From the IMG/VR virus record IMGVR_UViG_3300037067_021792: DNA of 64,000 bases; one strand, written 5' to 3'. A program made the translations under genes and the position numbers. The DNA is from a virus (Duplodnaviria > Caudoviricetes). Below are positions 38,285 through 47,440 of this stretch, in pieces (the first letter of the stretch is position 1; every line of letters begins with the position of its first letter). The notes under the pieces are model-generated. The model was not told where the DNA came from and made no database searches. It saw nothing but the letters and a program-made list of their open reading frames with translations.

Positions 38285-38788
38285 ATGATAGCGCCAAATA
38301 GACCTACGTGGGATGAAACATTTATGTCAATGGCTTTAGTGTATTGTCTCAGGTCTCCCGACCCTGCAACGAAACATGGGGCTATTATAGTTGATTCTCA
38401 ACATCATCCAATGGGGTGGGGGTATAATGGGTATCCTAAAGGCGGAACAATTGATTTATATCCAACTACCCGACCTGCAAAATATAGGCACATAGCCCAT
38501 TCAGAACTTAACGCCCTGCTGAATAGGACAATTAATACAAAAGGTGGCACTGTATATGTAACAGGGCATCCTTGTTGTGGGTGCATGGTAGCAATGATTC
38601 AGGCAAGTATACGAGAAATAATCTATGGCAAAATTGGATCTCATTGTGTTAATAAAGAAGATTGGGATGCGGTTAATTTGATGTCTGTAGATTGTGGTGT
38701 AAAACTTACTGCGTATTCCGGAAGATATCCCGTTGATATCTATAATGAAGTGAAGGATTATCTCAAATTAAAAGAATGGACCGAATAA
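38285..38788 (+). CDS. dCMP deaminase
   Basis: RSPDP, GYNG, HSELNAL, PCCGC. Confidence 0.92.
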   Translation: MIAPNRPTWDETFMSMALVYCLRSPDPATKHGAIIVDSQHHPMGWGYNGYPKGGTIDLYPTTRPAKYRHIAHSELNALLNRTINTKGGTVYVTGHPCCGCMVAMIQASIREIIYGKIGSHCVNKEDWDAVNLMSVDCGVKLTAYSGRYPVDIYNEVKDYLKLKEWTE

Positions 38789-38798
38789 GGAGAATATT

Positions 38799-39104
38799 GT
38801 GACAGAAATTGAGAAAATATGTGACATGGGCAAATGCTTATCTATTCTTCCCCTCCAAGATTTAAGTAATAGAGATCTAACATGCTTATATGCTGCACAA
38901 CTAATTAAAAATAATGGAGAGAATATTGATGCTCGTGATATTCTTGATGAACTAGACAGACGAGCGGATGATTGGCAACAGAAAATTTATGAAGCGGAAA
39001 AAAAGCGAGATGAAGCCGTATATGAAAAAGAACATTTAGAAACTATTATTTCTCAGATTGAGGATGCTATGAAATCTGTCGATAAAATTTTGGAGAACGA
39101 ATAA
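38799..39104 (+). CDS. Hypothetical coiled-coil protein
   Basis: AGGAG SD, operonic spacing. Confidence 0.6.
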   Translation: MTEIEKICDMGKCLSILPLQDLSNRDLTCLYAAQLIKNNGENIDARDILDELDRRADDWQQKIYEAEKKRDEAVYEKEHLETIISQIEDAMKSVDKILENE

Positions 39105-39889
39105 TGCAAAGAGTAAAACCAGAAGTATATCTAATTTCCTACCCGCAAATAGATGAGAATGAAGTCAAAAGATGGCTTAAAGATATTGGAGGGGAAAAGG
39201 TTTTAGAACATCTTAGTGGTACTGATGCTGAAAAAGTAATAGAATTAGCAGGCAGAGAGTGTTATAGGTCTTTTGATGTTGGTCTCAACCCTAACGTTAC
39301 CAAGATCAGGGATAATAGTGAAGAATACATAGGGAATTTAATTCAAAGTGAGCACGGAGCAGTCCTTGAACATGCTCAATGTGTGTGGGTATTTGAGAAT
39401 ATTTCTCGCGTTATGACTCACGAGCTGGTCCGGCATAGGGTTGGAGTTGGATATTCTCAAGTAAGCCTACGATATGTAAGGTTGAATGAATTAAAATTCT
39501 GGCTCCCGCCAGAAATTGAGAATAATCCAGAAGCAGTAGAATTGTTCGAAAAAATAATTAAAGATCTCGAACAAGCACAAAATAAATTGGCCGAAATATA
39601 TGGTATTGACGATGAGTCTTTTAAGACAAAGAAGAAACTAACATCTGCTTTTCGTCGTATCGCACCCATAGGTTTAGCAACTGGTATTGTGTTTTCCTGT
39701 AATATGCGGGCATTGCGGTGGATTATTCAATTGAGAACAGGTGTTGCATCAGAAGTTGAAATACGACAAGTATTTAATAAAGTATATGATATTGCATCTC
39801 AGAAATGGCCTTATCTGTTTCAGGATTTTGTTAAAATTGACACTGGCGATGGATTGTTTGAGTGTAAACCAAAACATAGCAAGGTCTAG
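39104..39889 (+). CDS. thyX: Flavin-dependent thymidylate synthase
   Basis: HGAVLEH, ELVRHRVG..SQVSLRY, NMRALR. Confidence 0.95.
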   Translation: MQRVKPEVYLISYPQIDENEVKRWLKDIGGEKVLEHLSGTDAEKVIELAGRECYRSFDVGLNPNVTKIRDNSEEYIGNLIQSEHGAVLEHAQCVWVFENISRVMTHELVRHRVGVGYSQVSLRYVRLNELKFWLPPEIENNPEAVELFEKIIKDLEQAQNKLAEIYGIDDESFKTKKKLTSAFRRIAPIGLATGIVFSCNMRALRWIIQLRTGVASEVEIRQVFNKVYDIASQKWPYLFQDFVKIDTGDGLFECKPKHSKV

Positions 39890-39892
39890 TTT

Positions 39893-40192
39893 GTGAAACT
39901 TGTAGGCGATGATATTTTTGTTAGGATCAAGGTAGTCGAGGAAATTAACAAGAAAGTCCTGGAAGTTGCTAAGGAAATAGTCGATAAGAATATTAGGTGG
40001 TATGGTGCTGATGAAAAATCAGCCGAAGATGTTGCTGATGTTATGCTGGAGCATTTCGATCTAAACGAATTTACTTCCGAAGAATTTGATTTTGCAGTGA
40101 CGTGGATACATTTTTATTGTGCAGTAAAAACTGCTTATGAAGCCGGGATATTAAAGGATGACACTGATATTCCACCCGGGCTGATAGATTAA
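39893..40192 (+). CDS. Hypothetical protein
   Basis: Operonic ORF. Confidence 0.55.
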   Translation: MKLVGDDIFVRIKVVEEINKKVLEVAKEIVDKNIRWYGADEKSAEDVADVMLEHFDLNEFTSEEFDFAVTWIHFYCAVKTAYEAGILKDDTDIPPGLID

Positions 40193-40261
40193 AAATTTTT
40201 CCTCATCAGGTCGGGGAAAATGTTGTATAATGGAAGGTTGCTTTTGAAAAGGAGAACAAAA

Positions 40262-40468
40262 ATGAAGAGTAGAATTACCAAGAGGATCACAAACAGCAAG
40301 AGACACACGATCGGGTATAAGATCGACGGCAAGGAACGGAGTGTTTCACAGGCAGTCCAGATGGCAAGACAGAATCGGCTCTATGGAGTTCGGGTAGTCG
40401 CAAATCACCTACAGACTCCGCCAGGTGGACGACGCAAGCTTTTGGACCTTCCTGTTGTAGTTAAGTAA
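40262..40468 (+). CDS. Small basic protein, DUF3892-like
   Basis: IGYKIDG..SVSQAVQMA...LLDLP; AGGAG SD supports start at 40262. Confidence 0.55.
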   Translation: MKSRITKRITNSKRHTIGYKIDGKERSVSQAVQMARQNRLYGVRVVANHLQTPPGGRRKLLDLPVVVK

Positions 40469-40575
40469 AGTTTAAATTTTAGAAATATTATATTATTTTA
40501 AACGACGGGACGCTGTTTATTGCGTGGCTAAAAGTCAAATTAGTTAAATTATTAAATTATTGGTTTATTAGAAAA

Positions 40576-40607
40576 TTGAGCCTGGTTGCCTTGAAAGCCA
40601 GGCTCAA
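40576..40607 (+). terminator. 12-bp hairpin, possible terminator, overlapping the topA promoter
   Basis: TTGAGCCTGGTT/AGCCAGGCTCAA; weak U-tail. Confidence 0.45.
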
Positions 40608-40620
40608 CCCTTTATATAAT
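40591..40620 (+). promoter_or_regulatory. Sigma70-type promoter of topA
   Basis: TTGAAA-18nt-TATAAT, GGAG SD. Confidence 0.55.
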
Positions 40621-40659
40621 ACTCACGGTTCCCTTGACGCTTAATTTTATGGAGATTCA

Positions 40660-41934
40660 ATGTCCAAAAAAGTAATTATCATTGAAGCACCAAATAAGGT
40701 TAATGGGTATAAGAAATACGCGGGTAAAGAGTATGATGTCCTGGCTTCATATGGGCACTGTGTGGACCTTCCCGAAAAGGGTTTGGGTATAAATATTAAA
40801 AAATCCTTTGAACCCACTTTTGAAGTTAAGGATGATCATCAGGATACAATTAATGCTATTAAATCTAAATGTGCTAAATCTGATTTAGTATTATTAATGA
40901 CAGACCCAGATCGTGAAGGTGAAGCAATATCATTCCACATTTATGAGCAAATTAAAGATATTGCCAAGAAAGTATTACGAGCTTCAACTAGCGAAATTAC
41001 AGCATCGGGTATTAAGAAGGCTATAGAAAATGCCGGAGAACTAGATCAAGGTAAAATTAATGCTTATCTGGCTCGCCGATTACTAGATAGATTAGTGGGT
41101 TATCGAACTAGTTTTTTAACTCAGCAGGCCACGGGCGGTAAATCGGCGGGCAGGGTGCAAAGTGCTGTATTACGGATTTTGGTTGACCGCGAAAATGAAA
41201 TACTTCACTTTATTCCTGAAGAATACTGGATTTTTACGGCTCGGCTCTTGTCGAGTAAAAATGAGCAATATACTGCTTCACTATCAGATAAATTCAAAGT
41301 CCCAAATGAAGCAGAGGCTACAAAAATATACGATGCCGTTATTGGGGGGAATCCAGTTGTTGCCAGTGTTGAATCAAAAGATGTGAAATCTAATCCTTAC
41401 GCTCCGTTCGCCACCATGCCTCTTATTGCTGCTGCGTCCTCGATTTTGGGATGGCAAACTAAAAAGACAATGGATGTGGCTCAGAACCTGTATAGTAACG
41501 GATTAATCAGCTATCATCGTACCGATTCGGTCACAATAGCAGAAGAACCAATGCAGGCAATACGAAATTATATTTCTCACACCTATGGGTCAGATTATAT
41601 TCCGGATAAACCCAACTATTACAGTGCAAAAAAAGGAGCACAGGAAGCCCACGAAGCGTGTAGACCAACGGATATTTCTAACGTTCATCCGTCAGCACCT
41701 GAGGATAACGGGAAACTATACGAAATAATTTGGCGCAGAACAGTAGCTAGCCAAATGACTCCTGGGCTAGATAAAAAATCGAAAGTGATTACTGATATTT
41801 CTGAATATGAATTTGTGTCAAATGGCAATCAAATGTTATTCGACGGGCATCGGCAGGTTTGGCATTATGGGAAATCAGATGATGTTATTTTGCCAAATTT
41901 GTTCGGAGGCGAAAAGTGTAAATTGTTAACCTGA
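40660..41934 (+). CDS. topA: Type IA topoisomerase, N-terminal piece (TOPRIM plus catalytic Tyr)
   Basis: IIEAPNK, TDPDREGEAI, SAGRVQS, ISYHRTDS, QEAHEACRPT. Confidence 0.95.
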   Translation: MSKKVIIIEAPNKVNGYKKYAGKEYDVLASYGHCVDLPEKGLGINIKKSFEPTFEVKDDHQDTINAIKSKCAKSDLVLLMTDPDREGEAISFHIYEQIKDIAKKVLRASTSEITASGIKKAIENAGELDQGKINAYLARRLLDRLVGYRTSFLTQQATGGKSAGRVQSAVLRILVDRENEILHFIPEEYWIFTARLLSSKNEQYTASLSDKFKVPNEAEATKIYDAVIGGNPVVASVESKDVKSNPYAPFATMPLIAAASSILGWQTKKTMDVAQNLYSNGLISYHRTDSVTIAEEPMQAIRNYISHTYGSDYIPDKPNYYSAKKGAQEAHEACRPTDISNVHPSAPEDNGKLYEIIWRRTVASQMTPGLDKKSKVITDISEYEFVSNGNQMLFDGHRQVWHYGKSDDVILPNLFGGEKCKLLT

Positions 41935-41944
41935 AGGAGTTCGA

Positions 41945-43102
41945 ATGATAACCCAATCTGCCACTTATGGCGACGAATATTTAACTACGATAGTAGCCAG
42001 TCAGGCTGCTCATATTTTGGGAACAAATCCCGCAAATTTAATCATGTATTCAGAGGGACAATTTCTTAAAGGTGTTTTTTCTGGCCTATCTTATTGTAAA
42101 ACAACAACCATTGGCACCGATGGATCGATGCCTAATAAACTTCATAACTTTTTGCAATTATGTGAAATGCGTGATAACTCTGACATAAAATTTGTTCGGG
42201 CATGTGTATCATTTGGGCCATATGGGGTTTCGATCTATTATATTTTCATAGAAAAGGGTAAGGCGTTTAAAGCTAAAAGATCTTTAATAAGACTTTCGGC
42301 TCGGCTTAATCCTCCCATTGCGCCTGTATTGAATGACGCACTGTGGGGTGATTTAATCGATAATACTGTTGGATTTTTTAAAAAGGCTCGGGATTATAAG
42401 GCATACGGCGTCAAGACGACTCGGGGAATAATACTTTCTGGTCCACCCGGGAATGGGAAATCAATGTTTTGTGATTATCTTATACGATGCTTTAATAATC
42501 GCGGAATTGATGTTATGGTGTATACATCGAGAGATCTCATTAAAACAATAATAGATAATAGAAATCCGTTCGATTTCAGGGTGATTTTTGTAGATGACGT
42601 TGATATAGACTTCTTTTCTAGGAAATCTAATTCCGAGATGGCATGCAGCCTGCTTTCTTGTCTAGATGGGTGCAAAAAAACATCTTCTGTTGCACTGAGA
42701 ATATTTTCTACTAATGAATCTATCAAAAATATAGATCCGGCTTTTCTCAGACCAGGGCGAGTCGATAAGTGTTTTTCTTTTGACAATCCTAACACTGAAT
42801 TAAGGAAGAAATTTATCAATACTTGGAATCAGAATATTTTGGATGGTATTGATGTGCCCGAATTTATTAATCGTTCTGAGGGATTTAGCTTTGCAGACAT
42901 GGATCTTGTTAAGCAGGTTTTAGTTTCTAACTTTCTTTCATCCGGTAAGTGGGATATGTCAGTAGCAATCGGAGAGTTCGAGAGTAGATGTAGTGTAGAA
43001 AGTCACAGAAAAACTGGTATAGGATTTGATAATCTGAAATCTGCAGAAGAATCAATACCAAAACCGACAGGACCAAAACCAATAAGAGGAATGCATGAGT
43101 GA
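41945..43102 (+). CDS. Classical AAA+ ATPase lying inside topA
   Basis: GPPGNGKS Walker A, IFVDDVD Walker B, STN..IDPAFLRPGRVD SRH; AAGGAG SD. Confidence 0.92.
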   Translation: MITQSATYGDEYLTTIVASQAAHILGTNPANLIMYSEGQFLKGVFSGLSYCKTTTIGTDGSMPNKLHNFLQLCEMRDNSDIKFVRACVSFGPYGVSIYYIFIEKGKAFKAKRSLIRLSARLNPPIAPVLNDALWGDLIDNTVGFFKKARDYKAYGVKTTRGIILSGPPGNGKSMFCDYLIRCFNNRGIDVMVYTSRDLIKTIIDNRNPFDFRVIFVDDVDIDFFSRKSNSEMACSLLSCLDGCKKTSSVALRIFSTNESIKNIDPAFLRPGRVDKCFSFDNPNTELRKKFINTWNQNILDGIDVPEFINRSEGFSFADMDLVKQVLVSNFLSSGKWDMSVAIGEFESRCSVESHRKTGIGFDNLKSAEESIPKPTGPKPIRGMHE

Positions 43103-43883
43103 TATTATAAATAAGCATCCGGGATTAACTGCCGAGCGAAAAGAAACCCAGCCCCCGCCAAGATATTCAGACGCGAGCTTGGCAAAGATTTGCGAGAAAG
43201 AGCAGATAACTCGTCCTGCGACTTTTAAAGGTGTAATTGACACCTTAAAAGCTAGGAAGTATATAACCCAAGAGAAAAAATCTTTCAACCCTACCGAGGT
43301 AGGGATGAAGGTTGTCGAGTTTCTTAGACAAGCAGATATGTGTTTTATTGATATAAAGTTCACGGCTAAAATGGAAGAGCTGCTAGATGATGTACAAAGT
43401 GGTACCAAAGATAAGATAGAAGTCCTCGATAAATTTTGGGAACGGTTGCAGAAAGACATCGCCAATGGTAAGCAAATTAAATCTGCAGGTGAAGTATCTG
43501 AATATAAGTGTCCTAAATGCGGAGGATCATTGCTTAAGAAATTTAGCAAATTCGGTCCATTTTTTGCTTGTCAGAACTCCAAAAAACTGACCCAGAAGCA
43601 GATAGATGCAGGGGAAGAATCTCCGTGTGACTACATTGCTAGTGTCGGGAAAAGTGGAGAACCACTTACTAAACAAAAAGTTGAAAAAGAGTACGCGTCA
43701 TTTCCCTGTAAGAAATGCGGAGAAAAGATGGTTAAAAGACACTCGAAATTTGGGTCGTTTTTCGGATGTGAAAAATTTCCGTCCTGTAAAACTACCGCAG
43801 ATTTAGAGGGTAATTTTAAGGAATCATCTGGTAAGAAATTCAAGAAGTATAAGAAATACAAAAAGAAAGCAGATGACGAGTGA
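43095..43883 (+). CDS. topA: Type IA topoisomerase, C-terminal piece (rest of core plus zinc ribbons)
   Basis: TQPPPRYSDASL, RPAT, PTEVG, FTAKMEELLD, two C4 ribbons, Lys-rich tail. Confidence 0.93.
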   Translation: MSDIINKHPGLTAERKETQPPPRYSDASLAKICEKEQITRPATFKGVIDTLKARKYITQEKKSFNPTEVGMKVVEFLRQADMCFIDIKFTAKMEELLDDVQSGTKDKIEVLDKFWERLQKDIANGKQIKSAGEVSEYKCPKCGGSLLKKFSKFGPFFACQNSKKLTQKQIDAGEESPCDYIASVGKSGEPLTKQKVEKEYASFPCKKCGEKMVKRHSKFGSFFGCEKFPSCKTTADLEGNFKESSGKKFKKYKKYKKKADDE

Positions 43884-44077
43884 CAGCCAAAGAACAAAGC
43901 AAAGAGTTTTTAAAAAAAGTCGAAGGATGCTGCGGTATTTGGCTGCTTCCTGAACAATGGAAAACGGTTCTATTGGCGCTACATTTTGCAGCAGAGGAAG
44001 ACTTGTCGAGTATAATTAGACAGCAGATAGATAGTATATACCATGATAATATGCCCAACCCTACAAGATGTGATTAA
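43880..44077 (+). CDS. Small hypothetical protein
   Basis: GTGA overlap with upstream stop. Confidence 0.45.
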   Translation: MTAKEQSKEFLKKVEGCCGIWLLPEQWKTVLLALHFAAEEDLSSIIRQQIDSIYHDNMPNPTRCD

Positions 44078-44597
44078 ATTCGCCACCAAACGGCACAGAC
44101 ATATTAATGCGCAATCAGGTGGAGTTACTGCATGGAAAATGTTGCGCAAGCCAGATGGATCTCGTATACCGTTCGAAGAGGTTAGAAGTTTTCGCATATT
44201 TGATTGGGTAGCCGATGAAGCAGACAAGCTTCTTACTATTGACTCTATAGCCGTTGGCACGGCCTTTAAGGGCAACAAAAGGATATCTCAGATAAATAAG
44301 CTGTATTTATATGATTTGTCGGTCATAAATATATACGACCACTCTGCTGAATTTTTTAGTAAGAGCAGTATTGATCTGTGGTATATGGAAAACGATAACT
44401 CATTTGTTTCTGTCTCCTCTATAGAACAACTATCAATGAATAATTGGGTTAAGGATACTCCTGATATAGTACGAGCAAGATGGGTAGCACCAGATGAAGA
44501 TTTCGATAGAATTTCTGAAGAGCTTTGTATCGGACGAAAGGTTGTTGAAGTTGTAGACGAGTCTAGAAATTTTGATATGGATTTTGAAGATTTATAG
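44043..44597 (+). CDS. Hypothetical protein
   Basis: Intact operonic ORF. Confidence 0.6.
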   Translation: MIICPTLQDVIKFATKRHRHINAQSGGVTAWKMLRKPDGSRIPFEEVRSFRIFDWVADEADKLLTIDSIAVGTAFKGNKRISQINKLYLYDLSVINIYDHSAEFFSKSSIDLWYMENDNSFVSVSSIEQLSMNNWVKDTPDIVRARWVAPDEDFDRISEELCIGRKVVEVVDESRNFDMDFEDL

Positions 44598-44605
44598 GCA
44601 TTATC

Positions 44606-45280
44606 ATGTATAAAGACTTATTTGGAAACGGTCCAATACGACATAAGACTATACTTAATGGTCGAGATGCTGAAGCAATAGATATACTAATAAACCTTCA
44701 TTGCCCCACTAGTAATCCTAAAATACTGGATTGCACGTATAATTCCGGGAAAATGTGGAAAAATTCAAGATACCATCCGACTACCCGCATGGATATCGAC
44801 CCGCTTCTTGATGTAGACGTGGTCGGTGATTTCACGAATATGCCATTTGGAGATTCGGAATACGATATTATTGTTTTTGATCCTCCTCATTTACCCGTTG
44901 CCGCAGCCTCGGAAAATAGTTCTAAAATATGGGAGAAATCTTATGGGATTACGGATAATGGCATTGGGAGAGAGGGCGATAACGTATCTAGTATGTTTCT
45001 TCCGTTTCTAAAAGAAGCAGAGCGAGTTTTGAAAAAGAATGGAATTGTATTAGCAAAAATTGCAGATATAATTCACAATCACCGGTATCAATGGCAGCAA
45101 GTTGATTTTGTTAATGCCGTTCGGCAGACAAACATGACTCCATGCGATATGATGATTAAATGCGATCCAAATGCCGGCAACCTAACATCTAGCAAGTGGA
45201 ACAAGATAAAACATTTGAGAAAATCCCACTGTTACTGGATTGTCGTTCGAAATTCTGGACGTTGTGAATGTATAATATAA
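44606..45280 (+). CDS. Probable DNA amino-methyltransferase
   Basis: ILDCTYNSG motif I, IVFDPPH motif IV. Confidence 0.75.
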   Translation: MYKDLFGNGPIRHKTILNGRDAEAIDILINLHCPTSNPKILDCTYNSGKMWKNSRYHPTTRMDIDPLLDVDVVGDFTNMPFGDSEYDIIVFDPPHLPVAAASENSSKIWEKSYGITDNGIGREGDNVSSMFLPFLKEAERVLKKNGIVLAKIADIIHNHRYQWQQVDFVNAVRQTNMTPCDMMIKCDPNAGNLTSSKWNKIKHLRKSHCYWIVVRNSGRCECII

Positions 45281-45295
45281 TACTGGAGAAATAAA

Positions 45296-45535
45296 ATGGA
45301 AAAGATTGATCCCAAAAGACTATCACCCGACAAGGGATTTGTAGTCGGAATTTCAGCTATTATCGGAGTAGACGATCCTAAAATTGAGATAGAATACGAG
45401 CCAGCACAGGCCAAAGCCAAGGATCAGGTGCAAAAAATAGAATTTTATTTCTACGCCGGCGAAACTGAGCTTATCAGGGCCGAGATGCACAAGTTTGTGG
45501 ATGATACCATTGATAATTTATATGGAAACCCATAG
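45296..45535 (+). CDS. Hypothetical protein
   Basis: GGAG SD. Confidence 0.55.
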   Translation: MEKIDPKRLSPDKGFVVGISAIIGVDDPKIEIEYEPAQAKAKDQVQKIEFYFYAGETELIRAEMHKFVDDTIDNLYGNP

Positions 45536-45539
45536 AACC

Positions 45540-45568
45540 TTGAAAATCCCTCGGGACAGTTGTATAAT
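45540..45568 (+). promoter_or_regulatory. Sigma70-type promoter
   Basis: TTGAAA-17nt-TATAAT. Confidence 0.7.
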
Positions 45569-45614
45569 ACCGGTGAGTGGTAAGTAAAACTTAGTATTGG
45601 AAAGGAATTAGACA

Positions 45615-46073
45615 ATGCCTCAAATCAAGTCTGAATGGGAAGAGATTCCGGAATTTATTGAAATCGCATCTAAACTGAAGGAAAAGTATCCAGAGCGGTT
45701 TGATCACGTTAATGTTGATCTAATTATTGCGTATAAATGTACGAATAAGACGAAGCCCGATAAGAAGTCAAAGCTTTACGACATGACGGGACAGACGGAG
45801 CCAGAGGCTTTCACGAACCCAAAGAAATACTTTATTAAAGTATTCCATGATACTTGGGATAATCTCGGGGAGAATAATAGAGTAGCGATTGCATTCTCTG
45901 CTATGAGTCGCATATCAGTTGATGATCCTGAGAGTGGTAAGGTTGAAGGTTACGATATGCATGATCAGTCATTTATGGCTCGCACTCTTGGGGTAGACTG
46001 GCAGACCCGAGCGGACATACCCAATTTACTGAGGGAGTCAGTGAATTTTGTATCGGAGCCAATTGTCTCATAA
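45615..46073 (+). CDS. Phage metallopeptidase-like fold, HExxH absent
   Basis: IA..L..KYP..F.HV, YFIKV...W..L, HD..F pattern. Confidence 0.45.
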   Translation: MPQIKSEWEEIPEFIEIASKLKEKYPERFDHVNVDLIIAYKCTNKTKPDKKSKLYDMTGQTEPEAFTNPKKYFIKVFHDTWDNLGENNRVAIAFSAMSRISVDDPESGKVEGYDMHDQSFMARTLGVDWQTRADIPNLLRESVNFVSEPIVS

Positions 46074-46081
46074 TATTGAAA

Positions 46082-46200
46082 CCACTCTACGGAGCTGTTT
46101 TCGCCAAAACATATATGGTTTATGATGGTGCCAAAGTTGATAACATATATGTCATTTATTTTGATTTGAGAGTATAATACATAACGGTTCCGTAGAGTGG
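46082..46200 (+). ncRNA. 119-nt element with an 18-bp closing stem
   Basis: CCACTCTACGGAGCTGTT pairs with AACGGTTCCGTAGAGTGG (two G-U pairs). Confidence 0.5.
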
Positions 46201-46220
46201 ATATTTTTAAGGAGTTTGAT

Positions 46221-46610
46221 ATGTCTTGGCAAGTTGTAGAAAAAGATGCATTTGGGACTGATTGGGCACTTGTTCGGTATAACGATCGGGCGCTTCAGCG
46301 GTTTGAGGATGAAGAAAAGGCACTTGAGTCAGCAGTTGACTATTTGACTAATTTAAACGTCAATAACGCATTAACGCCAACTGAAAAACTGAACAATATA
46401 GAGGCATTCATGATGACAGATTTTGGATGTTTTCTGGGAACGCTCGATGGCGAGCCCTGGTATATGACATATCCAAAAGATGTAGTAGGTAAAATGCCCG
46501 ATGGATCCAATGGTGTAATCCATTGCAAAGGCGATATCGTCAATGATAAAACATTCTTTCTGTTAGAAGGTAAAACCGAGGTTGCTGTTAGAAAACTTCC
46601 TGGCACCTAA
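46221..46610 (+). CDS. Hypothetical protein
   Basis: AAGGAG SD favours ATG 46221 over GTG 46197. Confidence 0.6.
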   Translation: MSWQVVEKDAFGTDWALVRYNDRALQRFEDEEKALESAVDYLTNLNVNNALTPTEKLNNIEAFMMTDFGCFLGTLDGEPWYMTYPKDVVGKMPDGSNGVIHCKGDIVNDKTFFLLEGKTEVAVRKLPGT

Positions 46611-47424
46611 TATGCAGATAAATATGTCTCAGATAATTATTGCATTAAGCGGTCGTAAGGGATCTGGGAAAAATACTGTTGGACAATTTATTGAGCAGTA
46701 TTATATCAACTGCTGTCTACGAACCCGGAGTGACGTAGAAACTCCAATAGGAGTGGATAGCCCAGTTTTTATCTGTTCTTTTGCGGATAATCTCAAGGAA
46801 TTTTGTATCAATACCTTGGGATTATCGATGGAATCGTGCTATGGTTCTGATGAGCAAAAAAATGCTCCTACTCAATATGTATGGGAAAATGCTCCCAAAT
46901 TCTTGCGATGGAAATTTGGGGATGATCCATTAGCGAAGCACCTAATTAAGTCTGGCTGTTCCCCAGATGTAATTATGGATGCTTTTTATCCTAAAGCTAT
47001 TACTGGGATTGGGGCATGTGATTATCCACCAGATGAACCAGATAGAAGTAAAATGAAATCAGGACCGATGTCAGGCAGAGATATAATGCAGTTGTTTGGT
47101 ACCGATTTAATACGACATACGTTTGGTAATGTTTGGGCCGCAGCTACCATTCGGACTATTCATCGTAATGGCAAGCCTTTGAACGTGATAGTTGACAATA
47201 GATTTCAAAACGAAATAGAGGTAGTATTGAAAGAGCCAAAGGGATATATTATACGTTTAACTCGTAGTCCATTTGGGACAGAAGACGTGCATCCGAGTGA
47301 ATCAGCTCTTGATAATTATAACTGGAATCAGAAAAAACATTTTGTTTTAGACAATAAGAACATGACCGTAGAAGAACAAAACGAGGCTATTAAGCCAATA
47401 TTAAATACAATTTTTTCTGGGTAA
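46582..47424 (+). CDS. Deoxynucleoside monophosphate kinase (true start about 46612-46624)
   Basis: [35 protein letters not shown]. Confidence 0.85.
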   Translation: MLLENFLAPNMQINMSQIIIALSGRKGSGKNTVGQFIEQYYINCCLRTRSDVETPIGVDSPVFICSFADNLKEFCINTLGLSMESCYGSDEQKNAPTQYVWENAPKFLRWKFGDDPLAKHLIKSGCSPDVIMDAFYPKAITGIGACDYPPDEPDRSKMKSGPMSGRDIMQLFGTDLIRHTFGNVWAAATIRTIHRNGKPLNVIVDNRFQNEIEVVLKEPKGYIIRLTRSPFGTEDVHPSESALDNYNWNQKKHFVLDNKNMTVEEQNEAIKPILNTIFSG

Positions 47425-47440
47425 AGAAAGGAGAGAAAAG

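Noticed and set aside
41932-43124. Group I/II intron or split intein in topA
   Set aside because: The insert is filled by the AAA ORF, leaving no room for a ribozyme core; no intein C/S...HN motifs at the ends
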